Positions 1-8,589 of a stretch of 64,000 bases of DNA are shown here, piece by piece. The translations under genes and the position numbers were made by a program. The notes under the pieces were generated by a model. That model was not told the DNA's origin. It made no database searches and saw only the letters and a program-made list of their open reading frames with translations. The DNA is from Promethearchaeota archaeon (GTDB taxonomy: Archaea > Asgardarchaeota > Lokiarchaeia > Sigyniarchaeales > SOKP01), in assembly GCA_011364975.1 (NCBI GenBank), contig RDOE01000001.1:32001-96000 (forward strand). Direction: 5' to 3'. Position 1 is the first letter of the stretch. Each line of letters begins with the position of its first letter.

Positions 1-158
1 GATAATCTTTCCCATCATTTTGTGAGGATTCATTCATAATGTAATAAAGTTGTGATTAATTTTAGGATATATTATAAGTTTGTATAGATGAGTTATTAAA
101 CTATAAGTTTTAATGAAACAAATAGCAAAATTGAAAAACCAGTAATAAAATTTAGATC

Positions 159-839
159 TTATTTATCTAAATTTGTTGTTAATAAATTTAAAACCCATTT
201 TTTAATCTGCATTAAGTTTTTTAGGAGTCCGGCTACATAATTTTCTGGAAAGGGCTTTTCATGGTCAAAAGTTTGAACTATGGTCATCCATTTGTTTAAT
301 GCGAGCTGAACCAAACTAGAGCCCTCCGCTTCCATAAACATAGGTACTACAGCTGCGCTTTCTCGAGCGTCTCCTATACTAAAATAGACTTTTCTATTGA
401 TATCTTTGAGCATAACATAATTAGCACACTCATCGAGCTTCCTTTCTACTAAAATGGTTTTAAGTAATGCTAATTTTAACTCTATATTCTTTATTGCGAA
501 TAATTCTTTTCTTCTTTTTAATTTTGGATAAATATCATTAATTAATTTATCACCCGAACTTCCTTCAGGAAAATACTTTCTAGCTCTTAAGCAATCATCA
601 AATGTTTCAATTGAGAGAAATTTTTTAGTATTTGAATAGAAGATCGCTTGAGAGCCACCAGTTGTCTCACTTTGAGATAATTTAATCATGATATTCCTCA
701 TTCCGATAGAATTACACGTATGATATGCTAATTCAAACAATTCTCGGGGAGTTAAGGGATGATAGGGTTCTTCAAATTCGTTATATGGCCACTGTATTGA
801 TATTACGTTATTAAACTGGTTTAAAAGGAGATTTTCCAT
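159..839 (-). CDS. Hypothetical soluble protein (226 aa), downstream of SepSecS
   Basis: Long ATG-TAA ORF, co-oriented with SepSecS; no motif recognised. Confidence 0.75.
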   Translation of the reverse strand: MENLLLNQFNNVISIQWPYNEFEEPYHPLTPRELFELAYHTCNSIGMRNIMIKLSQSETTGGSQAIFYSNTKKFLSIETFDDCLRARKYFPEGSSGDKLINDIYPKLKRRKELFAIKNIELKLALLKTILVERKLDECANYVMLKDINRKVYFSIGDARESAAVVPMFMEAEGSSLVQLALNKWMTIVQTFDHEKPFPENYVAGLLKNLMQIKKWVLNLLTTNLDK

Positions 840-936
840 TATTGCTCCAATAAGTTATTTTTATTATAATATAGTACTTCTAGTTTTTATTATTTTTTAT
901 CATTTTGAAAATAAGATTTGATTTCGAATGATATAA

Positions 937-2313
937 TTATTTTTGAGTTACCTGTTGGTATGCTTTTTCTAATCGTTCAACAGCGGAGTGAATATCCTCT
1001 GTAGATGCTCCAATCGCTGCATTCATTACAATATAAGGAGTTTTATAATCAGAAGTACAAGTACCAAATACATTTTTCTCAGGATTATAGACGCGAGGTC
1101 CTGTTACGCGGAGATTATACAATGCACCCCCTAATGCGAACAATTGCTCCGACTTCATATTATTTAATGACATCGCAACCGCAACAGGGTTAAATACTTT
1201 TAAAATTCTCTCATTATATTTTTTAGCTATAATTTTTAATTTATCTTCAAGATCTCTTCGGTTACGTTTTTGGTCTGCTAATAGTTTTTCATATCCATCA
1301 ATTCCCAATGAAAGCATGGAGATTAAAAAATTAACAATTGGGGTAGCTGAAGCTCTTCCAGCATATGCTTGGCTGATTCTTGTGATTGTCTCTTCATTGG
1401 GAGAAGCTATAATTGCTCCTCCTATAGGGGTAAGAGCATTTTTATCGGTTGATTGGATAATAGCATCAATTCTTCCTGCATCTATTCCAGTTCTAATCAA
1501 TTTCATCCACTCAGGACTTTGGACACCATATGCATTAATTACAATATGCACAAGATCATTTTCTTTAGCGAATTTACTTATCTCCTTAATATCATCATTT
1601 TCACGTGGGGGGAAAAAACTAGTAAGGGAAATGACTCCAAAACAATTTTTATCTAAGCTCTGTTGTATATCTTCAATAGGGATTCGTACTGCATCTCCAA
1701 ATATCTTACCTTTAACAGTTTTACGTCTTATACCCATTAAATCTAATCCTTTGATTAAAGATTTATGATCGATCTGCGGAACAATTACAGTTCTTTTATG
1801 CAATAATTTGTCGTCATTCCAATCAGGCCTCAGTGCACCAACAGTTAAGGCTAAAGCCATTCCAGTACATAGAGGTACAGTAATAGCACTTTTAATATTG
1901 GGAACACCGAATTTTTTAAGGAAGTTTAGGGCTAAGTAATTGGTTATATCATACATTATTGAACCTCCTGGAGCTTTAGGCTGCGGAGCTGTTAGGAATC
2001 CGCTTCGACCAACGCCATGACAAAATCCAGCAGAGGTTTTTTTGTGGAGATTTGAAGCAATTCTAGCTTCTCTTTCTCCAACTCTTGATGCTAAATTATC
2101 TTTATCTGTATCCATTTTAGAAAGCATTTGAAGAAAAAATTCAATTTGTTCCTCCGACCATGATGATTTAGGTAGATTTTTTTGTTCAAATAATATTTTG
2201 AGTGGTTTTAAGAAATTGTTAAAAACTAATTGTCCTCTATCTAATATATTTTGAGGAATTGTAGAATTCTTGAAAAATTCAATCAAATTATTAAAATCCA
2301 TTGAATTATTCAC
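937..2313 (-). CDS. spcS: O-phosphoseryl-tRNA(Sec) selenium transferase (SepSecS)
   Basis: Motifs VGEREAR, HGVGRSG...QPKAPGGS, QIDHKS, NAYGVQS, QSTDKN (PLP lysine), YAGRAS; adjacent to tRNA-Sec. Start may be the ATG at 2301. Confidence 0.97.
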   Translation of the reverse strand: MNNSMDFNNLIEFFKNSTIPQNILDRGQLVFNNFLKPLKILFEQKNLPKSSWSEEQIEFFLQMLSKMDTDKDNLASRVGEREARIASNLHKKTSAGFCHGVGRSGFLTAPQPKAPGGSIMYDITNYLALNFLKKFGVPNIKSAITVPLCTGMALALTVGALRPDWNDDKLLHKRTVIVPQIDHKSLIKGLDLMGIRRKTVKGKIFGDAVRIPIEDIQQSLDKNCFGVISLTSFFPPRENDDIKEISKFAKENDLVHIVINAYGVQSPEWMKLIRTGIDAGRIDAIIQSTDKNALTPIGGAIIASPNEETITRISQAYAGRASATPIVNFLISMLSLGIDGYEKLLADQKRNRRDLEDKLKIIAKKYNERILKVFNPVAVAMSLNNMKSEQLFALGGALYNLRVTGPRVYNPEKNVFGTCTSDYKTPYIVMNAAIGASTEDIHSAVERLEKAYQQVTQK

Positions 2314-2337
2314 TCTCTTTTTTAATTGAATTAAAAT

Positions 2338-2460
2338 TGGCGGCCCTCGAGGGGAATCGAACCCCTATCCCTCCGCAGGATAACTAGGTTTGAAGCCTAG
2401 CGTCAGAGACCACTTATCGTTAAAAATCTATAAGATTTTCAATTCCGACCGTCAAGGGCC
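2338..2460 (-). tRNA. selC: tRNA-Sec (anticodon UCA), 9/4 fold, CCA encoded, with a 30-nt intron (2414-2443)
   Basis: Hand-folded: 9-bp acceptor GGCCCTTGA/TCGAGGGCC, G discriminator then CCA, 6-bp anticodon stem GCTAGG/CCTAGT with loop CT-TCA-AA, long variable arm, 4-bp T-stem GGGG/CCCC with TTCGATT loop; 7-bp D-stem GTCGGAG-TGGT-CTCTGAC forms after intron removal. Confidence 0.97.
2414..2443 (-). other. Archaeal tRNA intron with canonical bulge-helix-bulge motif
   Basis: Central helix GTCG/CGAT, 3-nt bulges GAA and AAG, intron hairpin TTGAAAATCT-TAT-AGATTTTTAA; cutting after the 2nd nt of each bulge restores the D-stem exactly. Confidence 0.9.
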
Positions 2461-2471
2461 ACTTTATTAAG

Positions 2472-2515
2472 AGATTTCCTTAATAAGGATATCTGTTATT
2501 ACTTTATATTTTCAG
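2472..2515 (-). promoter_or_regulatory. Putative BRE/TATA promoter of selC-spcS with a 23-bp palindrome over the start site
   Basis: Minus strand CTGAAAA-TATAAAGT (2515-2501); palindrome AGAT-t-TCCTTA-a-TAAGGA-t-ATCT at 2472-2494. Confidence 0.5.
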
Positions 2516-2584
2516 AGTTAAATGAATTTTATTATTATTGAATATTTATTTTGTTTGGATTGAATGTTTTAAAAGATACCAAAA

Positions 2585-3607
2585 TTAGTATATTGTCAAT
2601 ATCTCTTTATCCACAAACTTTCCTTTATCGATAATAAGATTATCGTCAAACCAAAGAGAACATTCCTTCATAATTCCATCCACATGCCCTTTTGATGCCC
2701 AATGTGCGCCTGTTTTATCGGGATAAGGGTTTCCAAAAGCAATGTGCACTCCTGGAAATTTCTCATCCTGCAATAAATTACTTATTAAATCCTTCAGCGC
2801 AATATTAGTACCACAGGCAAATTCTCCTACTCTGTTAGCATTTTCATCATGTTGTAAATACTTTTTAAATTCAAGGAGTAGATCGTTGTTCTCACAGGAA
2901 ATTTTTTCAACTTCTGCTCTTGAATTATTAATTGGAATAGTAACTGGGGTTTTTTCTAAATTACCATATTTTTGATTAAAAAAATCACCAAGAGTTCCAT
3001 CTACGACCATTACACCATTTATTGATTCTGGACAGGTATACACCTCTCCAGCAGGTAAATTCCCCCAAACACCCCTATACCACAACAAACCTGTATCTGG
3101 AACCCACTTTAAATTTCTTGAAAGAGTGATTTGTAAATTTGTTCCATTTAAGGTTGTTACTTTAGCGGTTTTTGACTTAACCGCAATACTCATAATTAAA
3201 AGCGTTAACCCAGCTATCTTATAATAATCTGCTTGCATTCCAGTTTGCATAATTTTAGTATTTATATTCGGCATATGGATTTCTCTGCCAGACATTGTTG
3301 CTAAACCAACTACTGGCCCCCGAAAGTTCTGGAGTTCCCCTTTTTTTGATGTGGCTGCATAATAAGTAATATTACTTTTCCTTATATCTTTCTTAATCTC
3401 TTTAGGAACGAAATCTAAAGGTCTATTACCATAATCCTCAACAATATGATAATAAACTTGATTTGTAATTAACTCGGCATATTTTTCGATTATAGCCCCA
3501 ATATGGGCTGTTTCTTTATCCGTTATGATTGTAACTTTCTCATAAGACTTTAATTGAGAACAAATCTCTACTATTGTTTTTCCTGCGTTTTCAATTAGAT
3601 TATTCAT
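2585..3607 (-). CDS. Aminopeptidase, M29/AmpS-like
   Basis: GNLPAGEVYTCP, VGEFACGTN, DEKFPGVHIAFG and HVDG motifs. Confidence 0.85.
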   Translation of the reverse strand: MNNLIENAGKTIVEICSQLKSYEKVTIITDKETAHIGAIIEKYAELITNQVYYHIVEDYGNRPLDFVPKEIKKDIRKSNITYYAATSKKGELQNFRGPVVGLATMSGREIHMPNINTKIMQTGMQADYYKIAGLTLLIMSIAVKSKTAKVTTLNGTNLQITLSRNLKWVPDTGLLWYRGVWGNLPAGEVYTCPESINGVMVVDGTLGDFFNQKYGNLEKTPVTIPINNSRAEVEKISCENNDLLLEFKKYLQHDENANRVGEFACGTNIALKDLISNLLQDEKFPGVHIAFGNPYPDKTGAHWASKGHVDGIMKECSLWFDDNLIIDKGKFVDKEILTIY

Positions 3608-3656
3608 TTTGGTTTCCTCTTTAAATAATTTTAAAATAATACTATCATAATTTAAT

Positions 3657-4325
3657 TCACTTTATTATTCGATCTTTAATATCTACACATGTGATTCTCC
3701 TACATCCCGGTGTCATTAGACCGAGATTATATATAGTATCGAGAAAGTTGACGATTATATGTGACGTTGCCCCAAATATTACGTAAAGTTTATTCTCTGG
3801 AGATCTATAATTAAATTTACCTACTCCAATTAAATCATTTCCAAGTTTATACGTTTTTTCTTTAAAATTTTTTTTATTAGCAAAAAATGTTATAGGTATT
3901 TTCACGATCTCCTTTACTTCATCTTCTGCCCTTATCATTTTTTGATTTTCATTAACGTAGCAAACAAAAGCCGTTATTATAAATCCTTTTGGTGTAAGGT
4001 GGTCATCTATACATCCTAAAATTTTTACTTTTTTTTTTGGAATCCCTAATTCTTCCTCTAATTCCCTTAAGGCTGTATCTAAGTAAGAGTGATCAATCTG
4101 AGGATCGAATTTTCCACCAGGAAAGGACATCTCACCAGAGTGCTTATCATTTATGTGTTTTGTTCTCCGAATTAAAACTAAATCAAACGGTTTCGCTATA
4201 TGGGGAATAATCAAAAAAGTAATTGCAGAATTGATAAAATTTTCATACTGCATAGAGATTCGATCTGGAGAATCGAATTTTTTTAGTTTTTGACTGATTA
4301 ATTCCTCATTAAAAATGAAATCCAT
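3657..4325 (-). CDS. Nudix CoA pyrophosphatase (NUDT7/Pcd1-like)
   Basis: HSGEMSFPGG, Nudix box TALRELEEELG, IFGAT. Confidence 0.9.
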   Translation of the reverse strand: MDFIFNEELISQKLKKFDSPDRISMQYENFINSAITFLIIPHIAKPFDLVLIRRTKHINDKHSGEMSFPGGKFDPQIDHSYLDTALRELEEELGIPKKKVKILGCIDDHLTPKGFIITAFVCYVNENQKMIRAEDEVKEIVKIPITFFANKKNFKEKTYKLGNDLIGVGKFNYRSPENKLYVIFGATSHIIVNFLDTIYNLGLMTPGCRRITCVDIKDRIIK

Positions 4326-4348
4326 TTAAACCAATAAATTGTATAATT

Positions 4349-5059
4349 TTAAAATTTATTTGTGACTTGATTACGATATTTGATATATTCTTTTAAATCT
4401 CTAATTTTTTCTAATTTAAATCTCTTTAATCCCAAATTTGACATAGTAATACCATATATTGTTTCGATAAACGTTGAAATCATATAAGCGGTTGCCCCCC
4501 AAATAGTATACTTTTGTTGAGTTTGCGGTTCTTTAAAATTAAAATAAAACACTGGGAATTTATTTCCGCTCATTTCTATCGCTTCTTCATTGAAATTTTG
4601 CTTATTTACAAAAAAATCTATGGGTACTTTTACAATTTCTTGTACTTCTCTGTCATCTTTAATTAGTTTTTCATCCTTTTTTATTATGGCTACAAAAGGA
4701 GTTATTATATATTTGGTCATTGTCGGAAAATCATCTAAACAACCAATTATTCTAATATTTTCTCTTTTTACACCTATCTCCTCTTCAGCTTCTCTTAACG
4801 CAGTATCCTTTAATGATTTATCCTTTCCAGTTTCAAATTTTCCGCCGGGAAACGACATTTCTCCTCTATGTCTTGTTCCTCGGTTGGTTCTGTGTATTAA
4901 TACTAAATCATAAGGTTTATCTTTATATGGTATAATAGAAAAAAGCACCGCAGAACTTGTGAAGAAATCATCCTTTAATTTGATTCTAGATAGTGAGTCA
5001 CATTGATGAAGATTCTTTTTAATGATCTCTTCATTAAATATTAAGTTTAATGAATCCAT
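4349..5059 (-). CDS. Nudix CoA pyrophosphatase (NUDT7/Pcd1-like), tandem paralog
   Basis: HRGEMSFPGG, TALREAEEEIG, IWGATA. Confidence 0.9.
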   Translation of the reverse strand: MDSLNLIFNEEIIKKNLHQCDSLSRIKLKDDFFTSSAVLFSIIPYKDKPYDLVLIHRTNRGTRHRGEMSFPGGKFETGKDKSLKDTALREAEEEIGVKRENIRIIGCLDDFPTMTKYIITPFVAIIKKDEKLIKDDREVQEIVKVPIDFFVNKQNFNEEAIEMSGNKFPVFYFNFKEPQTQQKYTIWGATAYMISTFIETIYGITMSNLGLKRFKLEKIRDLKEYIKYRNQVTNKF

Positions 5060-5143
5060 GCGATGTTAGTAAAATTTTAAGTTGTTAAATAATTAAAAAT
5101 CATAATATTTAATCCTAATAAAATTTTTAGAAAGAGATTAAAA

Positions 5144-5446
5144 ATGAAGCTCCCGAAAGATCTAAGAGAAAAAGGAGATTTAAGTAGTACGGCGAGTAAG
5201 GGTAAAGAATGCTCAATTAAAGGTTGTGGAGAAACAGCAATAAGATCTTTATCAGAAAATAAATGGAAAACTTATGTTGATAAAGCAAATTTAACATACA
5301 CTGAAAATAAGCAGCATAAAATCTATCTTTGTAAGCGACACTATAAAGATGTAAATAAATTCAGAAAATCACAAGAAAAGCAATTTCAAAAGAAAGGATT
5401 TTTAGAAGACGAAAAAGGGATTGCTAAAGGAAAGAGATGGGATTAG
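5144..5446 (+). CDS. Small basic putative zinc-binding protein
   Basis: CSIKGC...YLCKRHY (C-x4-C / C-x2-H). Confidence 0.7.
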   Translation: MKLPKDLREKGDLSSTASKGKECSIKGCGETAIRSLSENKWKTYVDKANLTYTENKQHKIYLCKRHYKDVNKFRKSQEKQFQKKGFLEDEKGIAKGKRWD

Positions 5447-5465
5447 CACTTAAAGGTATAATTAT

Positions 5466-5591
5466 TTAAGGGATAATTGCCATCTGTTTATATAGAGAAT
5501 TTATTAATAAATATTCTCCATTAATTAGCCCTATTGTTAATAAAGATAAAGCAACAAGAAATATGATAAAGCCAATTAACTTTTTTCTCAT
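5466..5591 (-). CDS. Small single-pass membrane protein (41 aa), not in the ORF track
   Basis: Hand translation MRKKLIGFIIFLVALSLLTIGLINGEYLLINSLYKQMAIIP*; basic N-terminus then hydrophobic helix; fills the gap between neighbours. Confidence 0.55.
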   Translation of the reverse strand: MRKKLIGFIIFLVALSLLTIGLINGEYLLINSLYKQMAIIP

Positions 5592-5642
5592 AGTTATCAT
5601 TCATTATAATATGTGAAGTCAATTAAAGATTTAGTATCAAAA

Positions 5643-6494
5643 TTATTTTATTAAATCTTCTAAAGTTTTAATTTTTATATCAATTTTTTTTAACTTGAGA
5701 TCGTAGTCTTTAGCTTTCTCATTATAATCTGTTTCTGAAATTTCTTTTGCTGAAAATCTTCCTTTGTTAAGATTAAGGTCTGCTTGTAGTTCAGCTTTCT
5801 CTAATTTTAATTCTTTTATCCATAATTTCATCCCTTCAATTAAATTTGTCCTTTCGACTTCTAAATCTTCTTTTTCTTGTTTATATTTTCCTTTTAATTT
5901 TTCAAAACTTTCCTCATCAACTTTCTTTAATTTATATTCTTTTGTAAGATTTTTAAGCTGAAAGATTTTCTTCTCAATATCATCTTGAATTCTCTGAACA
6001 ATGAATGGTTTTTCCATTTTTACTTCAATTTCTGATTCTTTTTGCTTTAATTCTGCTATTAATGTTTTAATTGCATCTAATTTCACAGTGATGGTTTTTT
6101 TATAATCCATTTCAACATCATATCTTGGATCTTTTAAAGAATTCTGGACATCTTTTAATTTTTCTGCTAAAATTTTTTTATTTAGTTGTATATCATTAAA
6201 TTCAATATAGAGAATCATTTGTTCTTTTACTTCAAAAGGAAGTGGCTTTTCACCGGATTCGAATTCTTTTTTCTTTTTATCCTTTTTATTTTTTTTTGTT
6301 CTCTTTAGATCTTCTACTTCCTCTTCCTCATAATCTTTTTCTATAGGTTCAGGTTCTACTTCAACCTTTCTAAATTTCGGTTCAGGTTTAGTTTGTGGTT
6401 TTGATAAGTTTGTTAATACTGGTTTACCACAGATAATACAATACTTATCAGTTTCTTTTAAAGGATTTCCACAAAATACACAGTATTTACTCAT
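5643..6494 (-). CDS. Zinc-ribbon plus coiled-coil protein (CdvA-like helical region)
   Basis: CVFCG...YCIICG ribbon; helical repeats KKVDEESFEKL and GRFSAKEISETDY. Confidence 0.6.
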   Translation of the reverse strand: MSKYCVFCGNPLKETDKYCIICGKPVLTNLSKPQTKPEPKFRKVEVEPEPIEKDYEEEEVEDLKRTKKNKKDKKKKEFESGEKPLPFEVKEQMILYIEFNDIQLNKKILAEKLKDVQNSLKDPRYDVEMDYKKTITVKLDAIKTLIAELKQKESEIEVKMEKPFIVQRIQDDIEKKIFQLKNLTKEYKLKKVDEESFEKLKGKYKQEKEDLEVERTNLIEGMKLWIKELKLEKAELQADLNLNKGRFSAKEISETDYNEKAKDYDLKLKKIDIKIKTLEDLIK

Positions 6495-6676
6495 AATTTC
6501 TCACTCGAAAGATTTTTTGAATGGGATATAAAAAATGGCTATTAAGTTGAAAATACAATATATCTAATTAAATTTTATTGGAGTCCAATTATTATTGTAT
6601 TTAATTCGAGTATTTTTTAAATTTTGAATATTTTTTTAATTAATTACAAATAAAATTGAAGTATTGTAAGAATTAT

Positions 6677-8119
6677 ATGGTTAATATTATTGAAAAAATT
6701 CCCGTACATATTGGGTTGTTTGGTCATATTGACAGTGGAAAGACAGCCATTGCAGCTGTCCTAAGTGAATTTATTTCTACTGCAGGAATTGATGCTCATC
6801 CTCAGAGTAAGGAAAGAGGAATAACCATAGATTTAGGATTTACCAGCTTTATTTTAGGAGATTATTTAATCACTTTAGTTGATGGTCCAGGTCATTCTGA
6901 TTTGATTAAGATAAGCGCATCTTCAGTTGAAATTATTGATTGTGCACTATTAGTAATTGATATTACTAAAGGCCCTCAAGTTCAGACTGGTGAACACTTA
7001 ATTATGATTGAATCTCTAAATATCCAGAATATTATTGTTGTTTTAAATAAAATTGACCTTTTTAAGGGAAATATTGGTAAAGAAATTGAAAAAATACGAA
7101 AATTTTTTGATTCAACATCATTTGGAGCTAATATTCCAATTTATGCTGTTTCTGCGAAATTAAAAACTGGATTTGAAGAGTTAAAGGAAGGAATTTTGCA
7201 TAAAATTCAATCCTTAGAGATTGAAAGGAATACTGAAGGAAATCTAATAATCCCTATCGATCATCATTTTTCTATTAAAGGTAGAGGATCAGTGGTGACT
7301 GGGACAATTTTAAATGGTAGAATAGCAATAAATCAAATCCTTCATATATTACCCATTGATACTTCGGGTAGGGTTAAATCTATTCAAATTTTTCATAATA
7401 ATGTCCAAAATGCTGAAGCTGGAGATAGAGTGGGAATAAATTTTAAGGGGATCGATTTAAAAAGTGTTTATAGAGGTTGTTATGCGACAAACAATAAACA
7501 AGCATTTGATTATGCAAATATTTTAGATTTAGAAATTAAAAAGAATAAATTATTCAAGCATGAAACGCGTTTCGGAACTCAAGTTCATGTAACCATTGGT
7601 ATGGTTACTTCAGTAGGTTATGTTTTTCCTTACTATAAATTAAATCAAAAAAGAGTACAGATTGATGTAATTGAAGGAAAAAGTAATTTTAATGCTTTCT
7701 TATGGTTAAATGAAAAGGTATTAGTTAATAAAGTAAAAAATTTAATGCTAATTAGTCGATTAGATTTACCTCCAACAACTCTAAGGATATTAGGAGCTGC
7801 AACAATTCTAAATGTTCTTAAAGACCCCCCCACACTATATAAATTTAAAATTAAAAAAGGAATCATTACGAATCCCCAACATTCACAAGGAATTATTTGT
7901 TCTGGTTTAGCAAATAGCCTCGAAGGAGCAAAAAAAATTATAGGTAGAGCTTTAGAAACCCCTTACACGAAAGTAATAAGCCCATTTGGTACTAAAGGTG
8001 CAGTAATTGTCGGGGTAAAGGATAATATAAGCAAAATAGAGAAGGGTGATTTTGTTGTATTAAAAGATCTAAGGAGTTTTAAATTAAATCCAAAAAAATA
8101 TTTAAAAGGTCAAAGTTAA
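6677..8119 (+). CDS. selB: Selenocysteine-specific elongation factor (aSelB/eEFSec)
   Basis: GHIDSGKT, STAGIDAHPQSKERGITIDLGF, DGPGH, NKID, IDHHFSIKGRGSVVTG, C-terminal domain IV with PFGTKG; ATG at 6677 preferred to TTG at 6656. Confidence 0.93.
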   Translation: MVNIIEKIPVHIGLFGHIDSGKTAIAAVLSEFISTAGIDAHPQSKERGITIDLGFTSFILGDYLITLVDGPGHSDLIKISASSVEIIDCALLVIDITKGPQVQTGEHLIMIESLNIQNIIVVLNKIDLFKGNIGKEIEKIRKFFDSTSFGANIPIYAVSAKLKTGFEELKEGILHKIQSLEIERNTEGNLIIPIDHHFSIKGRGSVVTGTILNGRIAINQILHILPIDTSGRVKSIQIFHNNVQNAEAGDRVGINFKGIDLKSVYRGCYATNNKQAFDYANILDLEIKKNKLFKHETRFGTQVHVTIGMVTSVGYVFPYYKLNQKRVQIDVIEGKSNFNAFLWLNEKVLVNKVKNLMLISRLDLPPTTLRILGAATILNVLKDPPTLYKFKIKKGIITNPQHSQGIICSGLANSLEGAKKIIGRALETPYTKVISPFGTKGAVIVGVKDNISKIEKGDFVVLKDLRSFKLNPKKYLKGQS

Positions 8120-8146
8120 TTTATTATATTAAAAGAGGTATTAAAA

Positions 8147-8581
8147 ATGGAGAGAATTCGAAGTTCAGAGCTTGATATCGATCCAGACATTTTAGCGGAT
8201 TTAATGAAAAATCTAGAGCAATTAGAAAGCTCAACTGATTTAGAGGGAACGGCAATTGTTTCAAAAACCGGTTTAAGAATCGCAAGTTCTGAAACTGCCG
8301 ATGTAGTTGCTGATATTTATAGTGCTAGTCCAGCTACACTAATCTCACTTGGAGAAAAAATAAGCACTGGATTAGGTCAGGGTGAACTTAGAGAAATTGT
8401 AATTAAAGGAATAAAGGGATATACTATAATTCTAGTTGGTGATGCGGGAAATAATTTCATGCTTTTTACTAATTGTAAAAAAGGTTATAAATTAGGGTAT
8501 TATTTCCATAAAATAAGAAAAGCTTTTAAAGAAATGGAACCAGTATTAATGAAAATTGAAAGTTCGAGTTTACATACGTAA
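8147..8581 (+). CDS. Roadblock/LC7 (MglB/LAMTOR-like) domain protein
   Basis: LEGTAIVSKTGLRIAS...LGQGELREIVIKGIKGYTIIL...KLG pattern. Confidence 0.85.
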   Translation: MERIRSSELDIDPDILADLMKNLEQLESSTDLEGTAIVSKTGLRIASSETADVVADIYSASPATLISLGEKISTGLGQGELREIVIKGIKGYTIILVGDAGNNFMLFTNCKKGYKLGYYFHKIRKAFKEMEPVLMKIESSSLHT

Positions 8582-8589
8582 TCTTTCCT

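Noticed and set aside
1-37. Possible 5' end of a minus-strand gene at the left edge
   Set aside because: Two candidate ATGs in different frames and too little sequence to call
6551-6602. Overlapping inverted repeats upstream of selB (AAATACAATA/TATTGTATTT and ATTGGA-G-TCCAAT)
   Set aside because: Short, AT-rich and unrelated to the selC palindrome; compatible with chance
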